DNA of 33,706 nucleotides from the NCBI GenBank assembly GCA_040289515.1, contig PSLI01000025.1, forward strand, positions 1 to 33,706, written 5' to 3'. This DNA comes from Candidatus Sysuimicrobiota bacterium. GTDB lineage: Bacteria > Sysuimicrobiota > Sysuimicrobiia > Sysuimicrobiales > Sysuimicrobiaceae. Below are positions 11,625 to 20,260 of this stretch, in pieces. The position numbers and the translations under genes are program-made. Within the stretch, counting starts at the first letter, position 1, and each line of letters starts with the position of its first letter. The notes below the pieces were generated by a model. The model made no database searches. It was not told the origin of the DNA and was given only the letters and a program-made list of their open reading frames with translations.

Positions 11625-12560
11625 ATGCCCAAGGGCCGTCCAAAGATCTCCATCGTGGGGGCGGGGACCGTGGGCACCGCGGCCGCCCACTGGATGGCTT
11701 CCCGCCAGCTGGGCGACCTGGTGCTGGTGGACGTCGTGGAGGGTCTGCCCCAGGGCAAGGCCCTGGACCTGCAGCAGGCGGGGCCTGTGGCGGGCTTCGA
11801 CGTGCGGGTCGTGGGCACCAACGACTACGGAGACACCGCGGGCTCAGACGTGGTGGTGATCACCGCGGGCGTACCCCGCAAGCCCGGCATGACCCGAGAG
11901 GAGCTCGTGGGGACCAACGCGGGGATCGTGCGCAGCGTCATGGAGCAGATGGTGCCCCGATCCCCGGAGGCGGTGTTCATCGTGGTCACCAACCCCCTGG
12001 ACGCCATGACCTACCTGGCCTACCGGATCTCCGGGCTGCCTCGGGAGCGTGTGTTCGGGCTCAGCGGTGCCCTGGACAGCACCCGGTTCCGGTGCTTCCT
12101 GGCCCTGGAATTGGGTGTGTCCCTGCAGGACGTGGACGGCATGGTGATCGGCGCCCACACGGATAAGGACATGGTGCCCCTGACCTCCTCGGCCCGCGTG
12201 CGGGGCGTACCCGTTACGCAGCTGCTGTTGCCCGATCGCCTGCAGGCGGTGGTCGCCCGTACCCGGCGGGCGGGTGCGGAGATCACCGAGCTGATGAAGG
12301 CCAGCGCCTTCACCGCGCCCGGGGCCGCCCTGTGCGCCATGACGGAGGCGGTGCTGCACGACCAGAAGCGGGTGTTCCCCTGCTGTGTGTATCTGGACGG
12401 GGAGTACGGGGAGCGCGACGTGTGTGTGGGCGTGCCCGTGGTTCTCGGTGCCCGGGGCGTGGAGCGGATCCTGGAAGTTCCCCTGTCGGGGGAGGAACGG
12501 GAGGCCTTCCGAGCCTCGGTGGCCGCGGTGCGGGAACTGCTGGCGGCCTTGCCCATCTAG
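11625..12560 (+). CDS. mdh: Malate dehydrogenase, LDH-like
   Basis: GAGTVG Rossmann motif, TAGVPRKPGMTR (Arg at the malate specificity position), VTNPLD, LDSTR and catalytic His, in TCA context. Confidence 0.93.
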   Translation: MPKGRPKISIVGAGTVGTAAAHWMASRQLGDLVLVDVVEGLPQGKALDLQQAGPVAGFDVRVVGTNDYGDTAGSDVVVITAGVPRKPGMTREELVGTNAGIVRSVMEQMVPRSPEAVFIVVTNPLDAMTYLAYRISGLPRERVFGLSGALDSTRFRCFLALELGVSLQDVDGMVIGAHTDKDMVPLTSSARVRGVPVTQLLLPDRLQAVVARTRRAGAEITELMKASAFTAPGAALCAMTEAVLHDQKRVFPCCVYLDGEYGERDVCVGVPVVLGARGVERILEVPLSGEEREAFRASVAAVRELLAALPI

Positions 12561-12561
12561 C

Positions 12562-13671
12562 ATGCGCCTGCACGAGTACCAGGCAAAGGAGCTGTTCGCG
12601 GCCTACGGCATCCCTGTGCCGCGGGGTGCGGTGGTGGACCGGGCAGAGGATGTGACGCACCTGGATCTGCGCTACCCCGTGGTCCTGAAGGCTCAGGTCC
12701 TTGTGGGGGGACGCGGGAAGGCCGGAGGGGTCCAGCTAGCCCACACCCCCGAGGAAGCACAACAGAAGGCCGCCCGGATCCTGGGGATGCAGATCCGCGG
12801 GGAGCGGGTCGGGCGCTTGCTGGTGGCGGAGGCCGCCAACATCGACCGGGAGTATTACCTGGCTTGCGTGGTGGATCGGTCCAGCCGCCGCCTGACCCTG
12901 GTGGCCTCCGCGGAGGGTGGTGTGGACATCGAGGAGGTGGCCCGGCGGTCCCCGGAGCGCATCGTGAAGCTGGCCGTGGACCCGGCCCTAGGGTTCTGCC
13001 CCTTCCACGGCCGGTGGGTGGCACGGCGGCTGGGGCTGCAGGGTGTGCTGCTGGGGGCGTTCGCGGACCTGGCCAGCCGCCTGTACCGCCTCGCGTGCGA
13101 GCGGGATGCGGAGCTGGCGGAGATCAACCCCCTGGCCCTGTGCGAAGGCCGGTGGCTGGCGCTGGACGCCAAGCTGGTGGTGGACGACAACGCCCGACCC
13201 CGGCAGCCGGACCTGCCCGTGGACGAGGAGATCACGGAGCTGGAGCGGATGGCCCGGGAGTACGACCTTTCTTACGTGGAGCTGGACGGGGACATCGCCA
13301 TCATCGGCAACGGCGCGGGGCTGGTGATGTCCACCCTGGACATGGTGGCCCACTTCGGCGGCCGCCCCGCCAACTTCCTGGACGTGGGCGGGGGCGCCTC
13401 CACGGAGGCCATGCTCCGGGCCCTGGACATCGTGCTGCGCAAGCCCGGCGTGCGGGCGCTGCTGATCAACATCTTTGGCGGCATCACCCGCTGCGATGAT
13501 GTGGCGCGGGCCATCGCCTCCGCACCCCCGCGGGTGCCCACCAGCATCCGCCTCACGGGCACCAATGAGGAGGAAGGGCGGCGCATCCTGGAACGGGCGG
13601 GGATCTTCGCCTTCACGGACCCCGAGGAGGCGGCCCGTCGGGCGGTGGCTTTGGCCCGGGGCGGGCCGTAA
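12562..13671 (+). CDS. sucC: Succinyl-CoA synthetase beta subunit
   Basis: MRLHEYQAKELF, KAQVLVGGRGKAGG, EINPL, GNGAGLVM, PANFLDVGG, NIFGGITRCD. Confidence 0.97.
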   Translation: MRLHEYQAKELFAAYGIPVPRGAVVDRAEDVTHLDLRYPVVLKAQVLVGGRGKAGGVQLAHTPEEAQQKAARILGMQIRGERVGRLLVAEAANIDREYYLACVVDRSSRRLTLVASAEGGVDIEEVARRSPERIVKLAVDPALGFCPFHGRWVARRLGLQGVLLGAFADLASRLYRLACERDAELAEINPLALCEGRWLALDAKLVVDDNARPRQPDLPVDEEITELERMAREYDLSYVELDGDIAIIGNGAGLVMSTLDMVAHFGGRPANFLDVGGGASTEAMLRALDIVLRKPGVRALLINIFGGITRCDDVARAIASAPPRVPTSIRLTGTNEEEGRRILERAGIFAFTDPEEAARRAVALARGGP

Positions 13672-13686
13672 GATCCGGAGGACGCC

Positions 13687-14559
13687 ATGGCCATCCTGGT
13701 GGGCGAGCACACGCGGGTCCTGGTGCAAGGCATCACCGGTTACCAGGGGGAGTTCCACACCGCCCGCATGCTGGAGTTTGGCACCCGGGTGGTGGCGGGC
13801 GTCACCCCGGGCAAAGGCAGCACCCGGGTACACGGGTTGCCCGTGTTCGACACCGTGGAGGAGGCGGTGGAGCAGACGGGGGCCAACGCCTCCTGCGTGT
13901 TCGTACCGGCGCGGTTCGCCAAGGACGCGGCCCTGGAGGCCATCGCCGCGGGGCTAGACCCCGTGGTGGTGATCACCGAGCACATCCCGGTGCACGATGC
14001 CATCGCCATTGTGAACTACGCCCGCCGCCAGGGGGTGCACGTGATCGGTCCCAACTGCCCCGGCATCACGGCGCCGGAGCGGTGCAAGATCGGCATCATG
14101 CCTTCCCACCTGTTCCGCCGCGGCCCCGTGGGGTTGCTGTCGCGGTCCGGGACGCTTACCTACGAGATCGTGGCGGGCCTCACACGGGCGGGCATCGGCC
14201 AAAGCACGGCGGTGGGCATGGGCGGGGATCCGGTGATCGGGATGACCTTCGTGGAGCTGCTGGAGCTGTTCGAGCAGGACGGGGAGACGGAGGCGATCGT
14301 CCTGGTGGGGGAGATCGGCGGGGCTGCGGAGGAGGAGGCCGCCCGTTACATCCAGGAACGGGTTCGTAAGCCCGTGGTGGCGTACGTGGCCGGCTGCACG
14401 GCGCCGCCCGGCAAGCGGATGGGCCACGCGGGGGCGGTGATCTCCGGCACCGAGGGGACAGCACAGGCCAAGGTGGAGGCTCTGCAGGCGGCCGGCGTGG
14501 CGGTGGCCGCGCTTCCCACGCGGGTGCCCGAGCTGGTGGCTCAGGCCCTCGGCCGCTAA
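13687..14559 (+). CDS. sucD: Succinyl-CoA synthetase alpha subunit
   Basis: [36 protein letters not shown] and RMGHAGA (phospho-His). Confidence 0.98.
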   Translation: MAILVGEHTRVLVQGITGYQGEFHTARMLEFGTRVVAGVTPGKGSTRVHGLPVFDTVEEAVEQTGANASCVFVPARFAKDAALEAIAAGLDPVVVITEHIPVHDAIAIVNYARRQGVHVIGPNCPGITAPERCKIGIMPSHLFRRGPVGLLSRSGTLTYEIVAGLTRAGIGQSTAVGMGGDPVIGMTFVELLELFEQDGETEAIVLVGEIGGAAEEEAARYIQERVRKPVVAYVAGCTAPPGKRMGHAGAVISGTEGTAQAKVEALQAAGVAVAALPTRVPELVAQALGR

Positions 14560-14568
14560 TACGGGCTG

Positions 14569-14910
14569 GTGGTGCGGGTCCTGGCCCAGCTGATGCTGAA
14601 CGCGGGAGCCTTCTGGCTGGCGACCGCCCTGTACCCGCGGGCGCTGCAGCTGGGAGGAGCCCGGACGGCCCTGGTAGCCGGCCTCGTGCTGGGTGTGGTG
14701 AACCTCGCGGTGCGGCCGGTGCTGCTGGTGCTAACCCTCCCCCTGCGCCTGGTCACCCTCGGGGTGGCCACCCTCCTCGTGAACGCCCTCATGCTGTACC
14801 TGGTGGCCTGGCTGGTGGGCCTGCGCCACGGCGGCTTGCCGGACATGGTGGTGCTGGCCGCGTTGGTGAGCCTGTTCAGCCTGGCCCTCAACCGGATGGT
14901 GGGCGCCTAG
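14569..14910 (+). CDS. YvlD-like 4-TM membrane protein (phage holin superfamily IV / DUF360)
   Basis: LVLGVVNLAVRPVLLVLTLP..LVTLG..LLVNALML signature. Confidence 0.85.
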   Translation: MVRVLAQLMLNAGAFWLATALYPRALQLGGARTALVAGLVLGVVNLAVRPVLLVLTLPLRLVTLGVATLLVNALMLYLVAWLVGLRHGGLPDMVVLAALVSLFSLALNRMVGA

Positions 14911-14956
14911 CCGGGTGGCATACCATGAACCTAAGGGGTGCACAGGAGGGGTTGGG

Positions 14957-15868
14957 GTGACCGTGGGACCCACGCTGAAGGAGCAGGAGGCGCTGCCCTC
15001 GTGCAGGGATCGGGTTCAGTTCGTGTTGGTTACCGGGCTTTCGGGCGCGGGGAAGTCCCTGGCGATCCACGTGCTGGAAGACCTGGGCTTCTTCTGCGTG
15101 GACAACCTGCCTCCGGCTTTGCTGCCCCGGTTCGCGGAGCTGTTGCTGCATGCACAGGGGAAATTCCCACAGGTGGCGGTGGTGGTGGACGTGCGCAGTG
15201 GGGAGTTCTTCCACGCCCTGACGGATGCCCTACAGCACCTGGCGGGCCTGGGTCTGCAGCCCCGCATTCTGTTCCTGGACGCCTCCGACGAGGTGCTCGT
15301 GCGGCGCTTCAAGGAGACGCGGCGCAAGCACCCCCTGGCCGCGGAAGGCTCGGTGCTACAGGGGATCCGAGAGGAACGACGCCGCCTGAAGCCGCTTCGG
15401 GAGAGGGCCCACCGGATCCTGGACACCAGTGACATGACGCCCGCGCAGCTGCGGGCGGAGCTACGGACGGCCTTCGGGGCGCGCACGGGGCTAGGCCTTT
15501 CGGTGACCGTGATGTCCTTCGGGTACAAGCACGGGCTACCCCTGGATGCCGACCTGGTGTTCGACACGCGCTTTCTGCCCAACCCGCATTACGTGGAGCC
15601 CCTGCGCAGCCGCACCGGCCTGCATCCGGAAGTTCGGTCGTACGTGCTGAACTCACCCCAGGGCCAGGCCTTCTGGCACCGGATGCTAGACCTGGTCCTG
15701 TTCCTGCTCCAGGAGTTCCAGCGGCAGGGCAAGACGGACGTGACGGTGGCCGTGGGGTGTACAGGCGGCCGGCACCGGTCCGTGGCGGTGGCGGAGGAGC
15801 TGGCGCGGGTGCTGCGGGAGCAGGGCTACGAGGTGCAAGCGCGGCACCGCGACCTGGAACGGGAGTAG
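14957..15868 (+). CDS. rapZ: RNase adapter RapZ / YvcJ P-loop protein
   Basis: VTGLSGAGKS, FCVDNLP, RRFKETRRKHPL, SFGYKHG, DTRFLPNPHY and GCTGGRHRSV motifs. GTG 14957 follows AGGAGG. Confidence 0.96.
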   Translation: MTVGPTLKEQEALPSCRDRVQFVLVTGLSGAGKSLAIHVLEDLGFFCVDNLPPALLPRFAELLLHAQGKFPQVAVVVDVRSGEFFHALTDALQHLAGLGLQPRILFLDASDEVLVRRFKETRRKHPLAAEGSVLQGIREERRRLKPLRERAHRILDTSDMTPAQLRAELRTAFGARTGLGLSVTVMSFGYKHGLPLDADLVFDTRFLPNPHYVEPLRSRTGLHPEVRSYVLNSPQGQAFWHRMLDLVLFLLQEFQRQGKTDVTVAVGCTGGRHRSVAVAEELARVLREQGYEVQARHRDLERE

Positions 15869-15871
15869 GCC

Positions 15872-17242
15872 ATGGCCTCCCGTAGGGTGGTAGATGTCCT
15901 GGGTGCCCGCGCGCGGCAGTTCGCCAAGTGGCTGGTCCCCGGGATCCGTGTGAAGCGTTACGTGGCGCTGGTGTTCCTGGGGGTGTTTGTGGTCGCCCTG
16001 GGGGCGGTGCTCCTTGCGGACGGGGTATCCATGGGGATCCTAAAGGCGCTGTACGCCTTGGTGTGGCTGAGCTCGTGGATCTCCGGCGGACAGGCGTGGG
16101 GCCTGGCGGCCACCGGGACGGTCCTGGTGGTCGGCGGGCTGTACTGCGTGTTCCTGGGGGTGCGGGCCACGGTGCGGTCGGTGGCCACGGTGTTTCTCCC
16201 CCGGGGAGACCACCGGCTGGCGGAACTCCTGGTGCAGCGCCGGGCCCTCGAGAGGGGGCCCAGGATCGTGGCCATGGGCGGCGGCACGGGGTTGTCCACA
16301 CTCCTGCGGGGGCTCAAGCGCTACGGGGTGTCTCTGACCGCGGTGGTGACGGTGTTCGACGACGGCGGGAGCTCCGGGCGGCTGCGCCGAGAGCTAGGGG
16401 TGCTGCCGCCGGGGGACATCAACGACTGCCTGGTGGCCCTCGCGGAGGCGGAGCCCCTCATGGCGCGCCTGTTCCAGTACCGCTTCGACCGCGGGGCGCT
16501 TCAAGGCCATTCCTTTGGGAACCTGTTTTTGGCCAGCATGACGGGCGTGGCAGGAGACCTGGTTTCCGCGGTACGCCTGGCGAGCCGGGTGCTGGCCATC
16601 CGGGGCCAGGTGCTGCCCGCCACCACCGACAACATCGTGTTGTGCGCGGAGTTCCTGGACAGAACCCACGCGGAGGGGGAGTCCGCCATCCCGTTGGCAC
16701 GCAAGGCCATCCGGCGGGTGTACCTGAAGCCCGCTACCGCACGTCCGCTGCGGGAGGTCCTGGAGGCCATCGCCCACGCGGACCTGATCCTCCTGGGGCC
16801 GGGCAGCTTGTACACCTCCGTGCTGCCCAACCTGCTGGTACCGGGGATGGCGGAGGCGCTCCGCCACGCCGCGGCCCCCGTGGTGTACGTGGTGAACGTG
16901 ATGACCCAGCCCGGGGAGACAGACGGCTACCGCGCCTCGGACCACGTACGGGCGGTGCTGGACCACGCGGGGCCCGTGGTGCGGGCCGCGGTGGTGAACA
17001 CCCAGATGCCGCGGAACGAACTGCTGCTGGCCCGCTACCGGGCGGAGGGAGCATACCCGGTGGAACCGGACCTGGAGCAGATCCGCCCCATGGATGTGGA
17101 GCCCTTCGGGTTTTCTCTGATCAGCGAGGCGGAGCTGGTGCGGCACGACCCCGCGCGGCTGGCGGAGGCGGTCCTGGAGGTGTTGGAGCGCTTGGCGGGT
17201 ACGCGACGCCGCGTGAGCCGCGTGAGCGTGGTCAACCCGTAG
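15872..17242 (+). CDS. yvcK: YvcK/GlmR family (UPF0052) protein with N-terminal membrane extension
   Basis: GGGTGLS, DDGGSSGRLR, PPGD, GHSFGNL, GPGSLYTS and MTQPGET motifs, preceded by ~125 aa with hydrophobic segments. Confidence 0.95.
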   Translation: MASRRVVDVLGARARQFAKWLVPGIRVKRYVALVFLGVFVVALGAVLLADGVSMGILKALYALVWLSSWISGGQAWGLAATGTVLVVGGLYCVFLGVRATVRSVATVFLPRGDHRLAELLVQRRALERGPRIVAMGGGTGLSTLLRGLKRYGVSLTAVVTVFDDGGSSGRLRRELGVLPPGDINDCLVALAEAEPLMARLFQYRFDRGALQGHSFGNLFLASMTGVAGDLVSAVRLASRVLAIRGQVLPATTDNIVLCAEFLDRTHAEGESAIPLARKAIRRVYLKPATARPLREVLEAIAHADLILLGPGSLYTSVLPNLLVPGMAEALRHAAAPVVYVVNVMTQPGETDGYRASDHVRAVLDHAGPVVRAAVVNTQMPRNELLLARYRAEGAYPVEPDLEQIRPMDVEPFGFSLISEAELVRHDPARLAEAVLEVLERLAGTRRRVSRVSVVNP

Positions 17243-17268
17243 CAGGAGGTTCTGCCCCCGCGACGAAT
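17242..17268 (+). promoter_or_regulatory. Candidate sigmaH-like promoter upstream of the DUF1445 gene
   Basis: GCAGGA-N16-CGAAT; the same pattern and spacing recur at 23661-23687. Confidence 0.4.
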
Positions 17269-17278
17269 CCAGCGGGGG

Positions 17279-18055
17279 ATGTCCTCACCGCAGCAAGTGC
17301 GCCAGCGCATCCGCGAGGGCCGGTGGCGAAGGCCCACGGCAGGCCTGGCTCCCGGGTACACGCAGGCCAACCTGGTGGTGGTTCCCAAGGCCTCTGCATA
17401 CGACTTCCTCCTGTTCTGCCAGCGCAACCCCAAGCCGTGCCCCGTGCTGGACGTGACGGACCCTGGAGACCCCGTGCCGCGCCACGCGGCGCCGGGCGCG
17501 GACCTGAGGACGGATCTGCCCCGCTACCGGGTATACCTGGACGGCCAGCTGGCTTCGGAGGTGGACGACATCCGGGCGCTGTGGCGGGAAGACCTCGTGG
17601 CCTTCCTGCTGGGCTGCTCGTTCACCTTCGAGGCGGCCCTCCTGCGGGCAGGGGTGCCGGTGCGCCACCTGGAGTGCGGCTGCAACGTTCCCATGTACGT
17701 CACCAACCGTCCGTGTCGGCCCGCGGGCCCCTTCGCAGGGCCCCTGGTGGTCAGCATGCGGCCGGTGCTCGCCGCGCAGGTACCCACCGTCTTCCGAGTG
17801 TGCTCCCGCTACCCCCTGGCGCACGGCGCGCCCGTGCACGTGGGAGATCCCGGCGCGCTCGGCATCTACGACCTGGCGCGGCCCGACTACGGGGACCCGG
17901 TGCCGCTGCGGGAGGGGGAGGTACCCGTGTTCTGGGCGTGCGGGGTGACGCCCCAGGCGGTGGCGCAGCGGGCGCGGGTGCCCTTCATGATCACCCACAG
18001 CCCTGGCTACATGTTCGTTACCGACTTGCTCGACGAGCAGTTGGCGTGGGAATGA
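17279..18055 (+). CDS. DUF1445 / UPF0317 putative hydro-lyase (D-glutamate cyclase family, YcsI-like)
   Basis: [67 protein letters not shown] and [12 protein letters not shown] motifs. Confidence 0.93.
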   Translation: MSSPQQVRQRIREGRWRRPTAGLAPGYTQANLVVVPKASAYDFLLFCQRNPKPCPVLDVTDPGDPVPRHAAPGADLRTDLPRYRVYLDGQLASEVDDIRALWREDLVAFLLGCSFTFEAALLRAGVPVRHLECGCNVPMYVTNRPCRPAGPFAGPLVVSMRPVLAAQVPTVFRVCSRYPLAHGAPVHVGDPGALGIYDLARPDYGDPVPLREGEVPVFWACGVTPQAVAQRARVPFMITHSPGYMFVTDLLDEQLAWE

Positions 18056-18089
18056 TGAAACTGCGACACCCTTGAAAAGGAGGGGGACC

Positions 18090-19373
18090 ATGGGACGGAT
18101 GACCCGCAGGCGGTTCTTGCAGTACTCGGGGGCTGCGCTGGCCTCGTTGGCGCTGGGCGACCCCCTCTCGCGGTGGGCCGTCGGGCAGGAGGCCCCCGTT
18201 ACGGTGGGCGCCGTGTACCCCCTCACCGGGGCGCTCGCCCGTATCGGGGCCGCCATCCGGAACGCCATCGAACTGGCCGTGGAGATCGTGAACAACCCTT
18301 ACCCGGACCTGAACCTGCCCCTGGCCCGTACTGCGGGCCTGCCACGGCTGGGCGGACGACGCCTGCGGGTGGTCTGGGGCGACAGCCGGGGAGATCCGGC
18401 CACGGGCCGGGCGGAGGCGGAGCGCCTCATCGAGCGGGAGGGGGCGGTGGCCTTGATCGGCTCCTATCAGAGCGCGGTGACCGCCACCGCCAGCCTGGCC
18501 GCGGAGGCCCGGGGGATCCCCTTCCTAAACCCCGAGTCCTCGTCCCCGCGCCTGACGGAGCGCGGGTTCAAGTGGTTCTTCCGTACGGGCCCCCACGACA
18601 TCACCTTTACCCGCATCATGTTCGACATGGTGGAGGACCTGAAGCGACGCGGCCACCGCATCTCCCGAGTGGCCATCCTGGCGGAGGACTCGGAGTTCGG
18701 CGCCACCGCAGCCGGGGTGGCCAAGGGGTTCGCGCAGAGCCGCGGCTACACCGTGGCGGCCATGGAGCTGTACACTTCTCCGCCCAGCAGCCTCACCGCG
18801 GAGCTGCTGCGGATCCGCGCGGCGGCCCCGGACTTCGTCATCGGCGCCAACTACCTGGTGGACGCCATCCTCATCACCCGTACCCTGAAGGAGATGCGCT
18901 GGTTCCCCCAGGGGTTCATGGTACACGCGGGGTTCACCACGGTGCCGGACTACCTGAACGCGGTGGGCCGGGACGGCTACTACTTCCTGGCCCGCGCCCC
19001 TTGGGCCCTGGGGATCGCCCGGCGCAAGCCCCTGGTGGCCCGCGTGAACGAGCTGTACCGGCGCAAGCACGGTGCGGACATGGACGAGGTGGCGGCCCGG
19101 GCATTCACGGGCATGCTGACCCTGGCGGACGCCATCAACCGCGCAGGTTCCACCGCCCCCGCGGCCATCCAGAAGGCCCTGCGGGAGACCAACATCCCCG
19201 GGGCGCAGCTCATCATGCCCTGGCAGGGGATCCAGTTCGACGACAAGGGCCAGAACCGATACGCCACGGGCGTGATGGTGCAGATCCTGGACGGGGAGTA
19301 CAAGGTGGTGTGGCCCTTTGAGGTGGCGGAGGCGGAGCTGGCGTGGCCTGCGCCTCCGTGGGACCGCCGGTGA
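18090..19373 (+). CDS. Tat-exported Liv/HAAT-type ABC substrate-binding protein
   Basis: MTRRRFLQ Tat signal; VGAVYPLTG, LIGSYQS and LTERGFKWFFR motifs. ATG 18090 follows AGGAGG. Confidence 0.92.
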   Translation: MGRMTRRRFLQYSGAALASLALGDPLSRWAVGQEAPVTVGAVYPLTGALARIGAAIRNAIELAVEIVNNPYPDLNLPLARTAGLPRLGGRRLRVVWGDSRGDPATGRAEAERLIEREGAVALIGSYQSAVTATASLAAEARGIPFLNPESSSPRLTERGFKWFFRTGPHDITFTRIMFDMVEDLKRRGHRISRVAILAEDSEFGATAAGVAKGFAQSRGYTVAAMELYTSPPSSLTAELLRIRAAAPDFVIGANYLVDAILITRTLKEMRWFPQGFMVHAGFTTVPDYLNAVGRDGYYFLARAPWALGIARRKPLVARVNELYRRKHGADMDEVAARAFTGMLTLADAINRAGSTAPAAIQKALRETNIPGAQLIMPWQGIQFDDKGQNRYATGVMVQILDGEYKVVWPFEVAEAELAWPAPPWDRR

Positions 19374-19396
19374 CCGTGTTCCCGTAGGACGCCGGG

Positions 19397-20260
19397 ATGG
19401 AGCTGGTCTGGCAGGCCGCGGTGAGCGGTGTGGTCCTCGGGCTGGTGTACGCCCTGGTGGCTCTGGGCCTGTCCCTGATCTGGGGCGTCATGGACGTGGT
19501 GAACCTGGCCCATGCGGAGTACCTCATGCTGGCCATGTACGCCACGTACTGGCTGTGGGCCCTGGGTAGGCTGGACCCCGCCCTCGCGTTCCCCGTGGTG
19601 GTGCCGGTGTTCTTCGGGCTCGGCTGGCTCACCCATCAGGCGCTGATCTGCCGCATCGTACGGGCCCCTCTGGCGGCCCAGATCTTCGCCACCTTCGGGT
19701 TGCTGTTCGTCCTGCGCTACAGTGCCTTCGCGGCCTTCGGGCCCAACGTGTACGGGGTGTGGCGCACCGGAGAGGGGACGGTGACGGTGCTGGGCGTGTC
19801 CGTGGCTGCCTCGAAGGTGGTGGCCGCAGGGGTTTCCCTGGCCGCCTTCGGGCTGCTGGCGGCCTTTTTGCGGTACACGAAGACAGGCAAGGCGCTGCAG
19901 GCGGCGGCGCAGAACCGGGACGTGGCCCTGGCCCTGGGTATCCCGGTGGACCGCATGTATGCCCTGAGCTGGGGGATCGGGGTGGCCAGCGTGGCGCTGG
20001 CGGGTGTGTTCCTCATTCCCTTCTATCAGGTGTCGCCCACCATCGGGGACGCCTTCCTGCTCCTGGCGTTCGCCAGCGTGGTGCTGGGCGGGTTCGGCCG
20101 CGTGGACGGTGCCCTGGTGGGCGGGTTGAGCATCGGCCTGCTGGAGAACCTCCTGGGGACCCTGGTTTCGCCTACGTTCAAGTTTCTGTTCGTGTTCGCG
20201 GCCTTCGTCGCCATGCTGCTGGTCCGACCCCAGGGGCTGCTGGGAGACGTGGGACGGTGA
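19397..20260 (+). CDS. Liv-type ABC permease (LivH-like)
   Basis: YALVALGLSLIWGVMDVVNLAH, TKTGKALQA, VVLGGFG, RPQGLLG. Confidence 0.93.
   Translation: MELVWQAAVSGVVLGLVYALVALGLSLIWGVMDVVNLAHAEYLMLAMYATYWLWALGRLDPALAFPVVVPVFFGLGWLTHQALICRIVRAPLAAQIFATFGLLFVLRYSAFAAFGPNVYGVWRTGEGTVTVLGVSVAASKVVAAGVSLAAFGLLAAFLRYTKTGKALQAAAQNRDVALALGIPVDRMYALSWGIGVASVALAGVFLIPFYQVSPTIGDAFLLLAFASVVLGGFGRVDGALVGGLSIGLLENLLGTLVSPTFKFLFVFAAFVAMLLVRPQGLLGDVGR

Noticed and set aside
14569..14910. Holin-family gene as evidence of a prophage
   Set aside because: YvlD-type proteins are common chromosomal genes, and there are no endolysin, integrase or structural phage genes in the window.
15928..18075. 715-aa Gly/Arg/Pro-rich ORF and similar overlapping ORFs (for example 27867..29795)
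   Set aside because: Off-frame translations of well-supported genes with GC-driven low-complexity composition.
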